A stretch of DNA of 60,999 nucleotides, counting the filler, from Globobulimina sp. (taxonomy: Eukaryota): NCBI GenBank assembly GCA_003354225.1. It is 13 parts of 13 records of this genome, joined end to end, with 100 filler letters (N's around TTAATTAATTAA, not from the genome) between each part and the next. Parts side by side here need not be neighbours in the genome. Positions count along the whole stretch, not along the records: positions 1 to 4,605 come from PIVH01001073.1; positions 4,706 to 9,310 come from PIVH01001074.1; positions 9,411 to 14,014 come from PIVH01001075.1; 10 more parts are not named here. The stretch is one strand, 5' to 3'. The position numbers were made by a program, and so were the translations under genes. Shown piece after piece: positions 1 to 13,100 of this stretch (within the stretch, counting starts at the first letter, position 1; each line of letters opens with the position of its first letter). The notes beneath the pieces are model-generated. The model was not told where the DNA came from. It worked only from the letters and a program-made list of their open reading frames with translations, and searched no databases.

Positions 1-1021
1 TCGTCGTCCGTAGCGATATCATCATATTGTATGAAATCATGTGTTTTTGGTATATAATCAATTGGGATTTTAGAGTTATTTGTATTCCATTTGTTGCATT
101 GTACGCGAACAGCCAATGAAGCGCAGTCCGGCTCATATACAATTTTCAAGTGATTGCGGATATTGGCATTGATTAATTTTGCATCTTTTGCCCAGGTTTC
201 CATTTTATTTTTGGCATAATCACTCCATATGGCGGGCACCTAAAATGAAGTATTAATCTAAAAATGTATTACATTAAATATAATATTAAGTACATACTGT
301 CAAAATCCATTGAATATCGGACTCATTCGGTGTGAATAATATCTTTTTTTTGTGAACATGTAAAAGTTCTAAATATTCCAATGCGAGTTCTTTTAATCGC
401 GTTAATTCTGCAACGAATATTGCTTTTGATGGGAATGGTTCGCCGCCGTTTGTGGGAATTATAGTGTCTTCTAAATCTGGTGATTTAGATAAATCCATCT
501 TAAACCGTTCAAATAATTTCCAGTTTTTTTTATCTTTCATTTGGACGAACATGTTGGCGGCCTCACCGCCAACTGATTGAACATTGTCATTTGCGTCTAA
601 CAAGACAGAGGTTCGTGACTTGTCATATGGACCATGGGCGTCCTTAAAATTTGTGTGTATCTCTACATGTTCAATATCTTCAGTATCATCTGGCAAATTT
701 AATGCATTCTCATTTTTATATTCTTCTTTTATGTCCTTTTTTACAGCATATGCCTATATATTTGTAGTGTATGTAACTATGTATATCATAGATGTAAAAG
801 TATTGAATACATACTAAGCCACAACCATCAGTGCCAAAATCAATGCCTACAAATATTTTAAAATCAACATCTTTTTTTTCATTCTCTAAAATACATTGTT
901 TTTCATCGTACTTTTCATCATAGTGTTCTGCATTCATAGTCTTCTTTGATTTGTTCTGACTTATATCCACTTCGTACTCTTTTTCTACACCTAATTCATT
1001 ACAGGGTTGTTCATTACCCAT
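1..1021 (-). CDS. HSPA12: Hsp70-12A/B-like atypical Hsp70, 3'-truncated; exons 1021-815, 753-298, 239-<1
   Basis: VGIDFGTDG, LFERFKM, WILT|VPAIWSD and IVYEPDCASL join in frame across GT-AG introns 814-754 and 297-240. Confidence 0.85.
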
Positions 1022-1129
1022 TTAAAACTTAAGCTTAGTAAATATAAAATATTTTTTGTTTAGAAACGTTTCTGTTTCTGGACAAAAAGTACAATGAAAA
1101 CACGTTTTTACAAACAATGAAGATTTAGA

Positions 1130-2641
1130 TCAGATTTGTTGAGATGTCTCAAAATGCTGTGCTCGACAAGTAGTTGCCGTTGCGTTTGTAGTGACTATTG
1201 TTGAGGCTATGAGTGTCGTGTTGTCATCATACTCATCGAAATCATTATTATTTGCACGTATTTTCCCATCTGGATTGATCCATTGATTATCAATCTTTTC
1301 TCCTCCCTCACCATTCTCGTTATTCTCATCATCATCATAAGTAATTACTGTGTCATTGTCGTCATCATATTTAATATCAAGATTATTGTCAAAACCATTA
1401 ATTGAAATCTTTCTTTTGTTGCAATTCCCCGAAGCTGAATATGCCAACATATTTTTTATTTCATTCTCCGAATCAATCTCCGTTTCTGCGTGCTCATATT
1501 CGCTAAATTCGTCTCCATCAATTTTACCAACATCATTATTAAACCTATTCTTACTGAAACACATACATCCAATCACAAAGGATAGCATTGCAGTGCCGAT
1601 ATAGAACAAAAAGTTAATAAAACCACCAATAAATAATGTCACCACTGGCAATATAATAATATTTAACACATAGAAACATATTAAACACGTTCTACGTTTA
1701 TGTTTTACATTGTTTGTGTTTCTATATTTATTTGAGGCCACGCCACAATAACAACACATGACAAATGCACAAATTATATCAAATACAATAAACCAAATCC
1801 AAAACCAACTCGCTTCATATTTCATTCCGATCTCTGTACAACTCCATTCCGCACAAAATGCATTGTATTTATTGCGCGATGGTACATTACAAACACACTC
1901 ATTTACACTCCATTCATTCTCATTTATTGCATCACCAACCCATTTAAAGCATAATTCATTGTTATAAGCTGCATATTTTGTGAGATTTGAGGCCAATGAA
2001 ATGCATTTCTGCCATTCTGTTTGTTCCGTTTTCAAAGTAACACGATGCAGGTTGTCAGTGTCCTGATGTTGTGTATAATATTCACAATACCAACGCTGAC
2101 AAAAATTTCGTGTATGGGATTCAAGTTTGCAATAACAATTACTAAATAAGTGATTATTATCGATATCCGTTGGACAATATATTTTATGCAATCCCTGTTG
2201 ATGTGAGTTGGTAATGTTACATTTATGGATTGATATGTGCTCATTCTCGTTGTCATTGCAATACCAATGTTGACAGTATATACCATTATGTTGAATGCAA
2301 TAACATTTTTTTTTATTTTGTTTATTTGAATTCCATTCAGTACAATCAATATTTGTTGAATTTATGTCAATTTGTTTTGTAGCACGCCTACATTGAACCG
2401 AATATGTTGATTGGATCCGTCCCGGGAACAAACCATTGGTATAAAATGGCCATTCATTACAAATATATTTGGACCTATACAATGCAGCAATAAATGAACA
2501 ATCAATTGATTGACAACTGTACGGATTTGTATTAATAATTGATTTATTCCAGGAATTAGTATGTGATGTCACCATTGGACACGAATAGAAATCTCCGCGG
2601 CAATTGGTTATGATACACGAAAATAATATTAGTAACAACAT
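1130..2641 (-). CDS. Uncharacterised Cys-rich membrane protein (signal peptide, repeated CxC..CxxWxC motifs, about 3 TM segments, acidic tail)
   Basis: 503-aa ORF with hydrophobic N-terminus, Cys/Trp-rich ectodomain and hydrophobic segments. Confidence 0.7.
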   Translation of the reverse strand: MLLLILFSCIITNCRGDFYSCPMVTSHTNSWNKSIINTNPYSCQSIDCSFIAALYRSKYICNEWPFYTNGLFPGRIQSTYSVQCRRATKQIDINSTNIDCTEWNSNKQNKKKCYCIQHNGIYCQHWYCNDNENEHISIHKCNITNSHQQGLHKIYCPTDIDNNHLFSNCYCKLESHTRNFCQRWYCEYYTQHQDTDNLHRVTLKTEQTEWQKCISLASNLTKYAAYNNELCFKWVGDAINENEWSVNECVCNVPSRNKYNAFCAEWSCTEIGMKYEASWFWIWFIVFDIICAFVMCCYCGVASNKYRNTNNVKHKRRTCLICFYVLNIIILPVVTLFIGGFINFLFYIGTAMLSFVIGCMCFSKNRFNNDVGKIDGDEFSEYEHAETEIDSENEIKNMLAYSASGNCNKRKISINGFDNNLDIKYDDDNDTVITYDDDENNENGEGGEKIDNQWINPDGKIRANNNDFDEYDDNTTLIASTIVTTNATATTCRAQHFETSQQI

Positions 2642-2755
2642 TGTTGCTAGGTACTAGTACTACCGGTAGTATTATTTACAAAAACAGTTTAGACTAAAAA
2701 CATTTTGTTCATTTCAACAAACAACAAGTTCGAACAACACAACAACACGTAATAC

Positions 2756-4597
2756 TCATTGTGGATATTGCAGTTGATTTGGTAGTCCAACAGCAAATAA
2801 GTCACTGATCGCAGATAATTTCTTTCTGATCAGCCATTGTTCCTCATCATAATATTTATTCCTTATCATTGGATTGAACGAATAAAACTTTGTTTGTGAG
2901 GGGAATGACGATTTAAACACCGCATTTTTGCAGCAATCGCGCGGTGCGATCACATGGAAAGGTTTATTTTTATGCCATTTACAATCAAACGCTGGAAAAT
3001 CGTATATTCCATACTTTTTCGTATTATTTTGTAACTTATGCAAGTTACAAATGTTGCCATTATTGATGCTATTTGCCGGTGATAACAACAATGATAATTC
3101 CTTTATAGAATAATATTGATTCGCGTGTTTATTTAATATGTTTTGATGAATCATCACAAAATGAACGACAGATAATGCTTCGATGCATTTTAACCGCAAT
3201 AAAAACTCATATTGCTCTTTCAATAAAATCCATCGATTCCGAACAACATCAAAATTTAACAACAACTTAATCTCAAACAATTTGGATGTGGTATTTGCCA
3301 AAACATTGTTTGTATTTAAATAAATTTGTTTTTCCTTTTGTACATTTGCGTTCTCATACGAATGATACGATGATTTGGGTGAATATGATATGTTTTGCGG
3401 TGGATCCGTAACTGACTCATACTCGATGGCAAGATTTAAGTTGATGTGATTTATAATATCACACTCAATGTTTTTAATCTCCTCCACATTCGAATCACTG
3501 CTCGATAATGTATCACAATTGTAATGGTTCTCAATTTGCTTCTTTTTTTTGCTTTTTTTTTCCTCATTCTTGGGATTATTTCGATGCAACCGTTGATTCA
3601 ATTGATCAAACGATAAGAAATAAGAGTGATTCGCGTGATTTATAGTGATATTATACGGGAAAAACTGAGATTCAAAATGTAAAGTGGACAAATTGGTAAA
3701 CCATCGCTGAATTACTAAGGAATTAATTCTATTCGGTATCAACAGTACGTCCTTAAAATGAGTGATACTTAAATGGTTTAGGTGCGGTGACAATTGTTTA
3801 TAATAAATAATCTCTTGCAATTTGTAAATTTCTGTCTGTTTTTCTATATTCAAATCAATGCCTAAATACTTAATAGATTTCATTAAATAGGAGATGGACG
3901 AGATCCGTATCTCCGAATAACTGCTAAATATCTGCAATGCCTCCACATTGTCATAAATTATGATGTTGTTATTATTCACATCTTGCAATTGATTGATTTG
4001 CAATTGATTATTAAACATATTATGAATGTTATGTTGATACTTGAATGAAATGGGAATTTTCCTTCCGTTGTTATGTCCGGATCCATTATGTCCATTTTTT
4101 TTGTGACTGTTGTGTTTATTGCGATCGCGATGGTGATATCTGGCATGATGATGGTTGTGGTTCCTGTGATTATTATTTGTGTGCGTAATCGAGGAAGAAT
4201 GTGTATTCCTGAACACACGCGCTTGTTTCTGGTTATTTGTGTTGAATTTATTGTTATTTGTATGCCCTTCGTGGTGATAGCCATCCGACGATTCGTGAAT
4301 GAAGAAAAATGGATTGATGCTGCAATTGATGGCGCCATCGTCATCATCGGAGGCCGAATAGTCACTGCTTGTGTGTGTGTTGTGTGTATTGATCGGCGAT
4401 ATCGACGACGAGCTGCCAGGGCCATTGCCGTCTGCTTTGTGCATATGTTTAGCTAACGGTGTTGGTGTCGGTTGTGGCGCATCGTAGCCTTCCTGGAATT
4501 CGTCAGAGACGTATTGGTAAATGTTATTGTTGTGATTGTAAGAACTGTATCGTATGGAATCAATGGATAAGTAAATTAGTTTCGGTTTGTATTGCAA
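2756..4597 (-). CDS. Hypothetical protein with His/Asn-rich low-complexity region, probably 5'-incomplete
   Basis: 613-codon ORF in AT-rich DNA reaching the contig edge; no recognised domain. Confidence 0.6.
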   Translation of the reverse strand: MQYKPKLIYLSIDSIRYSSYNHNNNIYQYVSDEFQEGYDAPQPTPTPLAKHMHKADGNGPGSSSSISPINTHNTHTSSDYSASDDDDGAINCSINPFFFIHESSDGYHHEGHTNNNKFNTNNQKQARVFRNTHSSSITHTNNNHRNHNHHHARYHHRDRNKHNSHKKNGHNGSGHNNGRKIPISFKYQHNIHNMFNNQLQINQLQDVNNNNIIIYDNVEALQIFSSYSEIRISSISYLMKSIKYLGIDLNIEKQTEIYKLQEIIYYKQLSPHLNHLSITHFKDVLLIPNRINSLVIQRWFTNLSTLHFESQFFPYNITINHANHSYFLSFDQLNQRLHRNNPKNEEKKSKKKKQIENHYNCDTLSSSDSNVEEIKNIECDIINHINLNLAIEYESVTDPPQNISYSPKSSYHSYENANVQKEKQIYLNTNNVLANTTSKLFEIKLLLNFDVVRNRWILLKEQYEFLLRLKCIEALSVVHFVMIHQNILNKHANQYYSIKELSLLLSPANSINNGNICNLHKLQNNTKKYGIYDFPAFDCKWHKNKPFHVIAPRDCCKNAVFKSSFPSQTKFYSFNPMIRNKYYDEEQWLIRKKLSAISDLFAVGLPNQLQYPQ

Positions 4598-4605
4598 TAA
4601 AAATA

Positions 4606-4705
4606 NNNNNNNNNNNNNNNNNNNNNNNNNNNNNNNNNNNNNNNNNNNNTTAATTAATTAANNNNNNNNNNNNNNNNNNNNNNNNNNNNNNNNNNNNNNN
4701 NNNNN
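4606..4705. other. Artificial contig spacer N44-TTAATTAATTAA-N44 (first of 12; others at 9311-9410, 14015-14114, 18719-18818, 23421-23520, 28120-28219, 32819-32918, 37517-37616, 42215-42314, 46912-47011, 51609-51708, 56306-56405)
   Basis: Identical 100-nt linker with stops in all six frames; intervening contig lengths fall from 4605 to about 4594 bp. Confidence 0.99.
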
Positions 4706-4848
4706 AGTCATTTGGACAAATAAAAAAAGGTACATCGTTTCGAAATCCGTACTAGTAATAGTATTGACTAGAAAATAAATCAAAATTATTGTAAAATTCA
4801 CAAGAAAAAATACATTCAAAAAGTACAGAGAGTTATATTTATAATATA

Positions 4849-7800
4849 CTATAAACCCAAATTATTTTTCTCTTCCACTGACAGATTTTGTGCAAATTGT
4901 GGTTGTGATTTACAAATCGTTTTCGCAAATTCCGCAATAACACCATCTAACTTCTTTGTTGATAATTGTGTATTTCTAATCGTAGCAAATATTTTAAATA
5001 TAAATGGTAAATTTGCTAAATTGTTGCCAAGAATAATTGGATTTTTATTTTGTAATAATTTAAATAAATACGAGTGGCAGATTTGTGCCTCAATACAGTC
5101 TGATTTTATTGGTAAATGTTTAAACCATATTAATAAGGATTCATTTCTTAACTTATTCAATTGCAAGAAATTATTATTATTATTATTATTATTCCATTCG
5201 ATGTCTTTTAATATTTTGCAAATGGTTGCCATTGCATTGTCAATCACGCCTAAAAATTGTCTCTTTGGAAGTAGATTGTCAGCATTTTCTTCATTCTCTT
5301 TTGTTTCATCAAACACAGAAACGGACGAATTCATATATTTATTGCTATTCCGCGTAATACATTGCATACTCAATGACAATATTTGTTGAATATGTTTTGT
5401 CGTATTATTTTTGCATTTATTTACCATCAAACCCAAACAATAAAAGCATGCCTGTTGCGATGCACTATCCGCATCATTGTTAATTATATTTATGATTAAA
5501 GGAATAAAATCATTCAATAATTTTGCGGTATTCGACACCAAACATTGTTCATAAATATCACATATTATATATACACCTGTTTTATGCACAAATTGTGGAT
5601 TACAAATCTCTCCATTTGGCTTCAAAAAATTCAACAATTTTTCCATATTATTATTCTTAAATAATATGCACAAAAAATCATCTTTATACATCTTGATAAA
5701 TTCCGATAAAATCATAGCAATATTAAATAATAAATCATCTTCATATTCTTTCTCTTCTTCAAATTCTAATTTAGCGATGGCATCATAACTATTATTATTC
5801 TCCTGTTTGGCAAATATTTCAATGCGATTTTGTGCGCGTAACACACATAAAAACATGCAATCAATGATATATTCCAATCGTTCTTCATTTATAAATCTCT
5901 TGATGTTATCTTTAATTTTATTTATAAATTCTAACAAAGCTTTAATGACCACACCAATGCAAGCACTCTCTCCTTCTTTTTTGCCTTCATCTAAAATGCT
6001 GATAAATACATTTAATAATTTACCGCTTGCATTCATAATGCAATCGTTATCAGTCATAACCTCCATGTACCGAATGGACAATTTTATACATTCTGAGCGT
6101 AATTCCATCGAATATTTACATTTTATACTTTGTAATAAAATATCAAACAACTTCGGAATAAATATTTCCATTTTGTTCCCGTATTTATCTGAAAATGAGT
6201 CAATGGCAAAAAAAGCAGCCAATTTATTGTCAATTTTCTGCGAATCCAACGCAATTAAATCACCATTTGCGGTCGCAATAATGGCCATATTTTCATCATC
6301 ATTGTTCTCATTTTGTTGAAATTCCTGATAATCAAAATCATCCTTTTGAACTTCATCATTTCTGTTTGAAATAATATTAATATTTGCAACATCATGCAAT
6401 ATGTCACACAGTGTAGGCAAATATGGATAAAAAGCGTCATTTCCGATTGATTCTAATACTCGCGGCCAGGCACAGATATTGGTTTTAATAAATGGATCAT
6501 CCGCAATTTCATTCATATTTCTATTTTTAAAAAATAAAATAGTTCCATTCATTAATTCAGTCGCATGCTGTTTAAATTTATGACCACCCACTGCTTCACC
6601 AAAATGTCCCATACATTCAATAGCTCTGCAACGCACATCTTGAAGCTCCTCACTTTGCGCACTCTTCACTATGCTCATCAATATAGGCGCAAATATGTCA
6701 TAGTGCTCATTAAATAGATCGCCAGCAGTCGCGGCCAGGGCGGCAATGGCAGTGAGAGCTTGCTCTTGTGCCGCCTGATAGTCTGCCTTCAATATTACTT
6801 GATTATCATTGCATTTCTGCCATTCAGTATTACTATTTTTCAATACATTCATCACTGCATTAAGCAAATCCGACAATTGATGTTGAATCTGATTTTTTGC
6901 TAAGGATGGCACAAAATTAATTAACGCAGCACAGGAATGGGTTTGTATTTTAATGTGATTGTTGATATTTAGTGCTAATAATAAATTCTTTAAGATAACA
7001 TTACTAAATTTACTGGCCATGATATCGTAATGGTCGTTGCATAATTGTCCAATTGCATTAATTGCTGCGTATTTTATTCGATGATTACCATCCAATGACA
7101 ATAACTGTATCACTTTGTTGATAATTATTAACAATTCATTCGATTCTCTGGCAATATGGTCACTGATTTGTGTAATTGTAATCAATGCACAATGTCTGTA
7201 TTTCCAATCGCTGTGATTCCAGTATTTATTGGTTGCATTATTATTTTTCGAAGTGATACCTAATTTATTATATATTGTTGGCAGTACATATTCAGAGGTT
7301 ACTGCGGATATTAATCGATCCAATCCAAGTTCTGCAATGGTTGATAAATTATTATAATCGCCATCGCCTCCGTCATACATTAATTCATCCCATTGTTTAT
7401 CATCAATTTGTTCCAAAATAAAATGATCCAAACAAATATTTATCACTGACTATGTATTTAGGATTTACGTATTTATTTATTTTATCCTTGCGCTTTGTGC
7501 ATTTGCATCAAAATGTAACCTAACTTTTCCAATGATTTGTTTCTGTCTTGCTAATGAAGGATGGTTTTCAGCCAAAGACAAGAAGAACTCCAGCGATAAT
7601 GCTCTGATTTTTGTAGGTAATTGTTTTGTAACACATAACTGCGTAAATGCACTACAAAATGGTATTAATGGTGATTGAATTTGGTTGTTTTCGTGATCAG
7701 CAAATAAGGTCGGTTGATCACATGCGATTTGTATTATTATCTCTAAAATATATTGAGTTTGTTCATATTCGTCAGTACCTTTGTTGTTACCTTCATAATT

Positions 7801-8550
7801 TAAGGTATTTTCTAATAATTTCAATACCTCGAACATCAATGGTATAAATCCTAAGATTTGTTCGTTTTTTAATGGTTTCATTGTTAATTGAATTGCTTCC
7901 AAAGCCGCTATGTTGACTTTCCTATTCGTATCCTGTTTAAATGCAACTTTGTATATTTGTGCAATGCTCAGTTGATTTTGTTTGATAATATTATCATTGA
8001 TTAAGTATTGACACAAATGGCCAAATATGGACAACGCATTAATTCTATTGACAACATCCAAGTGATTGTTGGTATTTGTATCGCTTAAATTATATAATTC
8101 AAATATTGATTTTAGAAATGACACATTTTCAAATTCCTTTGAGAATTCGGTGAATGTTCTTGTGCTTAGTTCAATAATACAATCAGCAATTTGATTCCTT
8201 ATCTCTTTATCAGGATCGTTTGCCAATTGTTTCAATAAAATACGCAATGTTTGTTGTCGCGTATTTGGGTTTAATTGACAAAATATCGGCTTTTTATATT
8301 GGTCATCTAATTTAGAGGCTATACGTTTACGCAAAAGGATGGCTATTCGTATGCGAACATCACTTGACGTTTGTTTTGGATGTGATAATAATTGACATAA
8401 TACCATCACAAAATGATCGATTTGCCCATTTGAGAGTAAAAGCAATTGTTCTATTGCTTGCTCTGCGGGGCGACGTACGTTTTCATTTGGTGATGCCCAG
8501 TCTGCGATTAATTTGTTCACTTCTTGTGGACCAATATTATTATTACTCAT
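4849..8550 (-). CDS. IPO5: Importin-5 / karyopherin beta-3 (Pse1/Kap121-like); exons 8550-7525 and 7449-4849
   Basis: HEAT-repeat motifs SPNENVRRPAE, WKYRHCAL, QTHSCAALINF, QEQALTAIAALA, RCRAIECMG; phase-0 GT-AG intron 7524-7450 joins the two ORFs. Confidence 0.88.
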
Positions 8551-8571
8551 AATAATTTATAAAATTATAAG

Positions 8572-8607
8572 GTGTAAGGATTGGATGAAGTAGTGTAAGG
8601 ATTGGAT
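8572..8607. promoter_or_regulatory. Direct repeat GTGTAAGGATTGGAT x2 containing inverted CCAAT boxes, in a divergent intergenic region
   Basis: Copies at 8572-8586 and 8593-8607 between the ATGs at 8550(-) and 8664(+). Confidence 0.35.
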
Positions 8608-8663
8608 TAAACGTTTTTCAAAAAATAAAGTCAGCAACGATAGGAACGTGTGGCAATTGTAAC

Positions 8664-9310
8664 ATGTCAGCAGCAAAGAAGCCAATATATGTAAACGAAG
8701 AAGGCAATATTTTTAAACAGACATCGCAAATCGTATCGTCTGTAGTAATATTATATAAATATCAACATTCTTCGCAAACATCATTAGGTAATAAAAGTGC
8801 AGCAATTGTACCCAATGAATTCAACAAAGACATATTCAACATCATATGTTACGAAACAAAATGTCGCAAACTTGAATTTTCTATTCCTATAAACCCAGTG
8901 GCATCATTAAGTAAATATGAATTCTCATTTACCCTCTTTGACGCCAACATAATTATTTTTAATGACCATATGAGTGCTTCATTGCAATGGAAATTGCAAT
9001 TTCCAAATAAGAAAATATTCAATCGATTTGTTACTGCATTAACAATGGTAAAGATACCAAACATATCTTTTAAATCTAAACAAAACTTAATCATTCAAGA
9101 TTTGAATATACCTTCGACCGACATACAATTGCTATATAAATATGATAAAATAAAGACGCATTTAAAAATATGGGTGGTTTCAGCAGAACATCCGTATGAA
9201 AAAGGTCAAAAATTGATCAATATCAGCAAAAATTGATCGTATGGGTGTTTAATCAGCAAAAATTGATCAATATGCATTCGGATAAAATACTGCCTGCGTT
9301 ACGTGATGGT
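8664..9310 (+). CDS. FKBP15/WAFL-like protein, N-terminal PH-like domain and start of the FKBP-like domain, 3'-truncated
   Basis: LYKY..LGNKSAAIV..IICY..FND..WKLQF..LIIQDL..D.IK..L.IW pattern parallels the FKBP15 N-terminus; a short duplication near 9208-9272 disrupts the frame. Confidence 0.55.
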
Positions 9311-9410
9311 NNNNNNNNNNNNNNNNNNNNNNNNNNNNNNNNNNNNNNNNNNNNTTAATTAATTAANNNNNNNNNNNNNNNNNNNNNNNNNNNNNNNNNN
9401 NNNNNNNNNN

Positions 9411-9930
9411 CAGTGGTTATCATCTTTAACTGATCGAACAAACTGCCAAAGCCGTTGTTTTTTTTTGAAGCGGTCCCTCTTCTCTTTTTTTTCTGGCTTT
9501 CGGTTTTCAGAAATTCATCGGCTTCATCCACCACTAAGATCTGTGGCAAAAACAAGCGTTGCAAAGCTTGACTCGTTCAGCATAGCCGTACACATTACAA
9601 ATATATTTATTTTGCTGTTTATGCATGTTATATATCAGAAACGTTACAATTAAAGTAAGTTTATTTAAATTACATATGGAATCCATCATTGTGTGCGTAT
9701 GTAACGAGTAATGTGTACATATGGCAAACATCTTAAAAATGTTTTCAATGAAAAATATACCTTGAAATCTGATAAGAATCCCTTTATTCCGATTTTTGAG
9801 CGTTTCTGCGCGTTAAATATTTTACCAATAATACTGCCCGGATTCCCTACACATATTTGCGATGTCCATGGTTGATTTGCGATATTTTCGCCCTTTATCG
9901 CCAACACAACTTTTAAGCCACCGAGCGGGT
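9411..9930 (-). CDS. DEAD-box RNA helicase fragment (motif Ib region and motif II), possibly a pseudogene; intron 9760-9541
   Basis: QICVGNPG...FK|ILVVDEADEFLK joined by a GT-AG intron; Q motif and Walker A not found upstream. Confidence 0.65.
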
Positions 9931-10107
9931 TCTAAAAACAGTATAAATCCAAGACAAACCTATAGCAAACCGTTTATGGATTTGCAAACAGCTTCTCCGA
10001 TAATTGGAAAAATGTATACAACTTATCGACCGGGGGTGGGGGTTATCTTTTGAAAGTAAGTGGTTAAAGAGTTGTCATGTTTCAATTTATTGGTCACAAA
10101 CTTACAA

Positions 10108-13100
10108 TTATTTAACATTAACAAGCAAGTCATCCAAACGTTGCAGAATATCCGCCTCTTCTTTATCTAAAACGATGACTCTTTCTCCGATTGATAGTGT
10201 TCTTTGTCCGCATGGATCAATGTCTATCATTGATTGTTTTGGAGCTAAACTAATCCATCCACTTGATTTTGATCTTACCATACCCTTTTTTTTCTGTTTT
10301 TTTCTGTTTTTAATGTTATGAAAAGCGTTCTTTTTATTGGTTTTATGTTGAGCTGAATATCCATTTAAATTTATCATTGACCGACATTTGGTTAATGACG
10401 ATTTGGATTTTGAATGAATGGGAATATACTTTGTATCGACGCCAGTCATAATTTTATTATTTACTGACTTGAATTCATTAATTTGTGTAAGATGAAATAA
10501 ATTATTCTTTTTAATATATTCGATATCCATTAGTTTGTCGTTGATTTGTTGTTCTTCAATAATAGTATTTAATCGATGATTTTTAATTTGATCAAAATGT
10601 TGCGTTGATTGTAACTGTACATTCCATTGCAAATGAAAACTGTTATGATTATTATTATTATTATTTGTTGAATCTGGAACTATAATTCCATCCACGTCCA
10701 AAGTGTCAGTATCACATAGTTTTATTTTCCCATCACTCGAAAACGTTATTATATAACAATTATTATCGAATAATTCCGATCCAATGATACTATTTTTGTG
10801 CAAATTCTTTTTAATGCCTAATAATGAGGGCGGTTTAATCAGATTTGGATCTTTTATATTATTGATAGTGTCACTTAATATATCCCATTTACTTAAATTT
10901 CCACCATCATCTCCAATAAATAACACACCGCGTTTTTCATCATATATCATGGTTGTAATTGAATATATCGATGCAGTGTTTTCTTGTTTGTGTGGCATAT
11001 TTGTGATTATATCCATCTTTTTATTTAAATTATATTTCAATGCAACACCGAACTTAAACTTTCTTTCCTTCTCATACCAAATTGAAATAATTCCCATGGA
11101 GTCACAACTAATCAACAACATTTCATTTTTTTTGTTGCGGATAAATTGCAACGAATTAATTGTGGAATTATTATATTTACTTTGTTGTATTTGGTGTGAC
11201 GTATTAATTTGAAACATATTTAGATTTTCATTGATATCACAAATTGCTAATATTTCATGATTTTGGTTGACTGCAATTGCAGTAATCTCACATGCATCGC
11301 TTGCCTCATTTAAAAGAGAATAATCGCCGATTTCATCATCATTATAAATTGCAACCAATCCATTGCAATAAGTACATACTATTTTTTTGGATATCTCACA
11401 ATATCGCAAATTCCTAATTGAAATTCTATGATTAATATTTCTGCAACTTAATAAGTTTAAAAATGTTCCATTACAAACGTTAAACACTCCTATTTTACCT
11501 GTATCTGTCCCTAGAAATATCCGTTTACATTCTTTATCGAAACAACACGCTGTAATGAAATTGAGTTGATTTTCTTTATTTGTTTGTTTCAAATCATTTA
11601 AATCATAAATGTTTGATCCATTTTCTTCATTTTTATCAATTATATTTGCATGAAAATAATGGAGTAATTTTCCTGTCAACAAATCGAAAATAAATATTGT
11701 ATGCGTTGTCACACAAATTATTTCAAACTTATTTTTATTTATTTTGGTTGCAATAATATGAATAGCGTTGTTTTCATTACTTTTCCCATATATTAATCGT
11801 TCGAATTTGCACAATAATCCTTTACTACAAACTACATTTTTAGTATTTTCAATCAATGTAAAATCATAAATATTTTGCGTTTCAATATTTGATAAATATG
11901 CACTTTTGTGATATTTCTTAGCTTTGCTATATTTTGACACAATTTTATGAATCGATGGCCAATCTGCTGGTTCCTGATCTAAATTAACTTTCTTTTTATT
12001 TTTTCTTTGCTTATCATTATTGTTCTCGTCGTTATTATCATTTGCATTTTTAGAATAATTAATTATATTATCAACAGATGCATTTCCTGCATACCATACT
12101 TGTATACATTTTACATTATAAACCGAATTAATTTTGAATATATAAAACACACTTTCCGAATCGCACACAATTAATTCACTGCAACGTTCCATATATTCCA
12201 TATTAACAATACCGTTTTTGAGTATTTTCGGTGATATTTTATGACTATATTTCAAATGATCCCAATAGTATTTGTTTTGTGTTATAGTCGGATAATCCGT
12301 GTCGATATATTTTATGTCGATTTCCCAAATTAAGATGAAACTGTCTTCTCCTGCACTGAATAATAAATTTCTTTCAATGTCATACTGTAAATGTAAAACA
12401 CCGAATTGGTGCTGGCCATTCCCTAAAACTGTGATATTTTTACATTGAATAATATCCCAAATACCGATTTTTGTATCCATTGATGCAGAAAACAATATAT
12501 TTATATTTTCAACATACAGCAATTTCATAATACAATCATTGTGATGTTTGTTCCATTTATATTTACATTCTCCTTGGCTCCCAATGGAATATGCATTGAT
12601 TCCGCCGGATGAATCGCCGCAAAACAAGGTATTTCCTGTTATTTCAATGGACAATGAACAGAATTTCATCTGCCAAACTCTTGCTGGTTGCTGCCAATTA
12701 TTAATGTTCCAAAAAGTGACGCATTGATCAGCTGAACTTATTGCAATTAACTTCAAATCTTTTATTTCGACGATATCCAACAGAAACCCTCGGTGACCGT
12801 GGATAACTTTTTTTAATTTTAAGTCTTTGGAGTAAATGGCTAAAACTCGACTATTTTTTTCAAATGCAACCAGTGAATCAATTGATGATAAATATCTGAC
12901 GCGAGTCACAATGTTATTGTGCTGTGTGGTGTCGATTGTATTTGATGTTGCGTAGCGTGGTAAGTCCGAATTGGTCTTTGGTTGCGACATTTGTCCCATT
13001 GCAGCATTCACTAAATACGATGTAAATTCTGACCATGTTATATAGCAATCGCTGTTAATATCAATTAATTCAAATAATTGACTGATACAATACAATAAAT

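Noticed and set aside
9208-9272. Repeated AAAATTGATC segments breaking the FKBP15-like frame
   Set aside because: Near the contig end; a local duplication or assembly artefact cannot be distinguished
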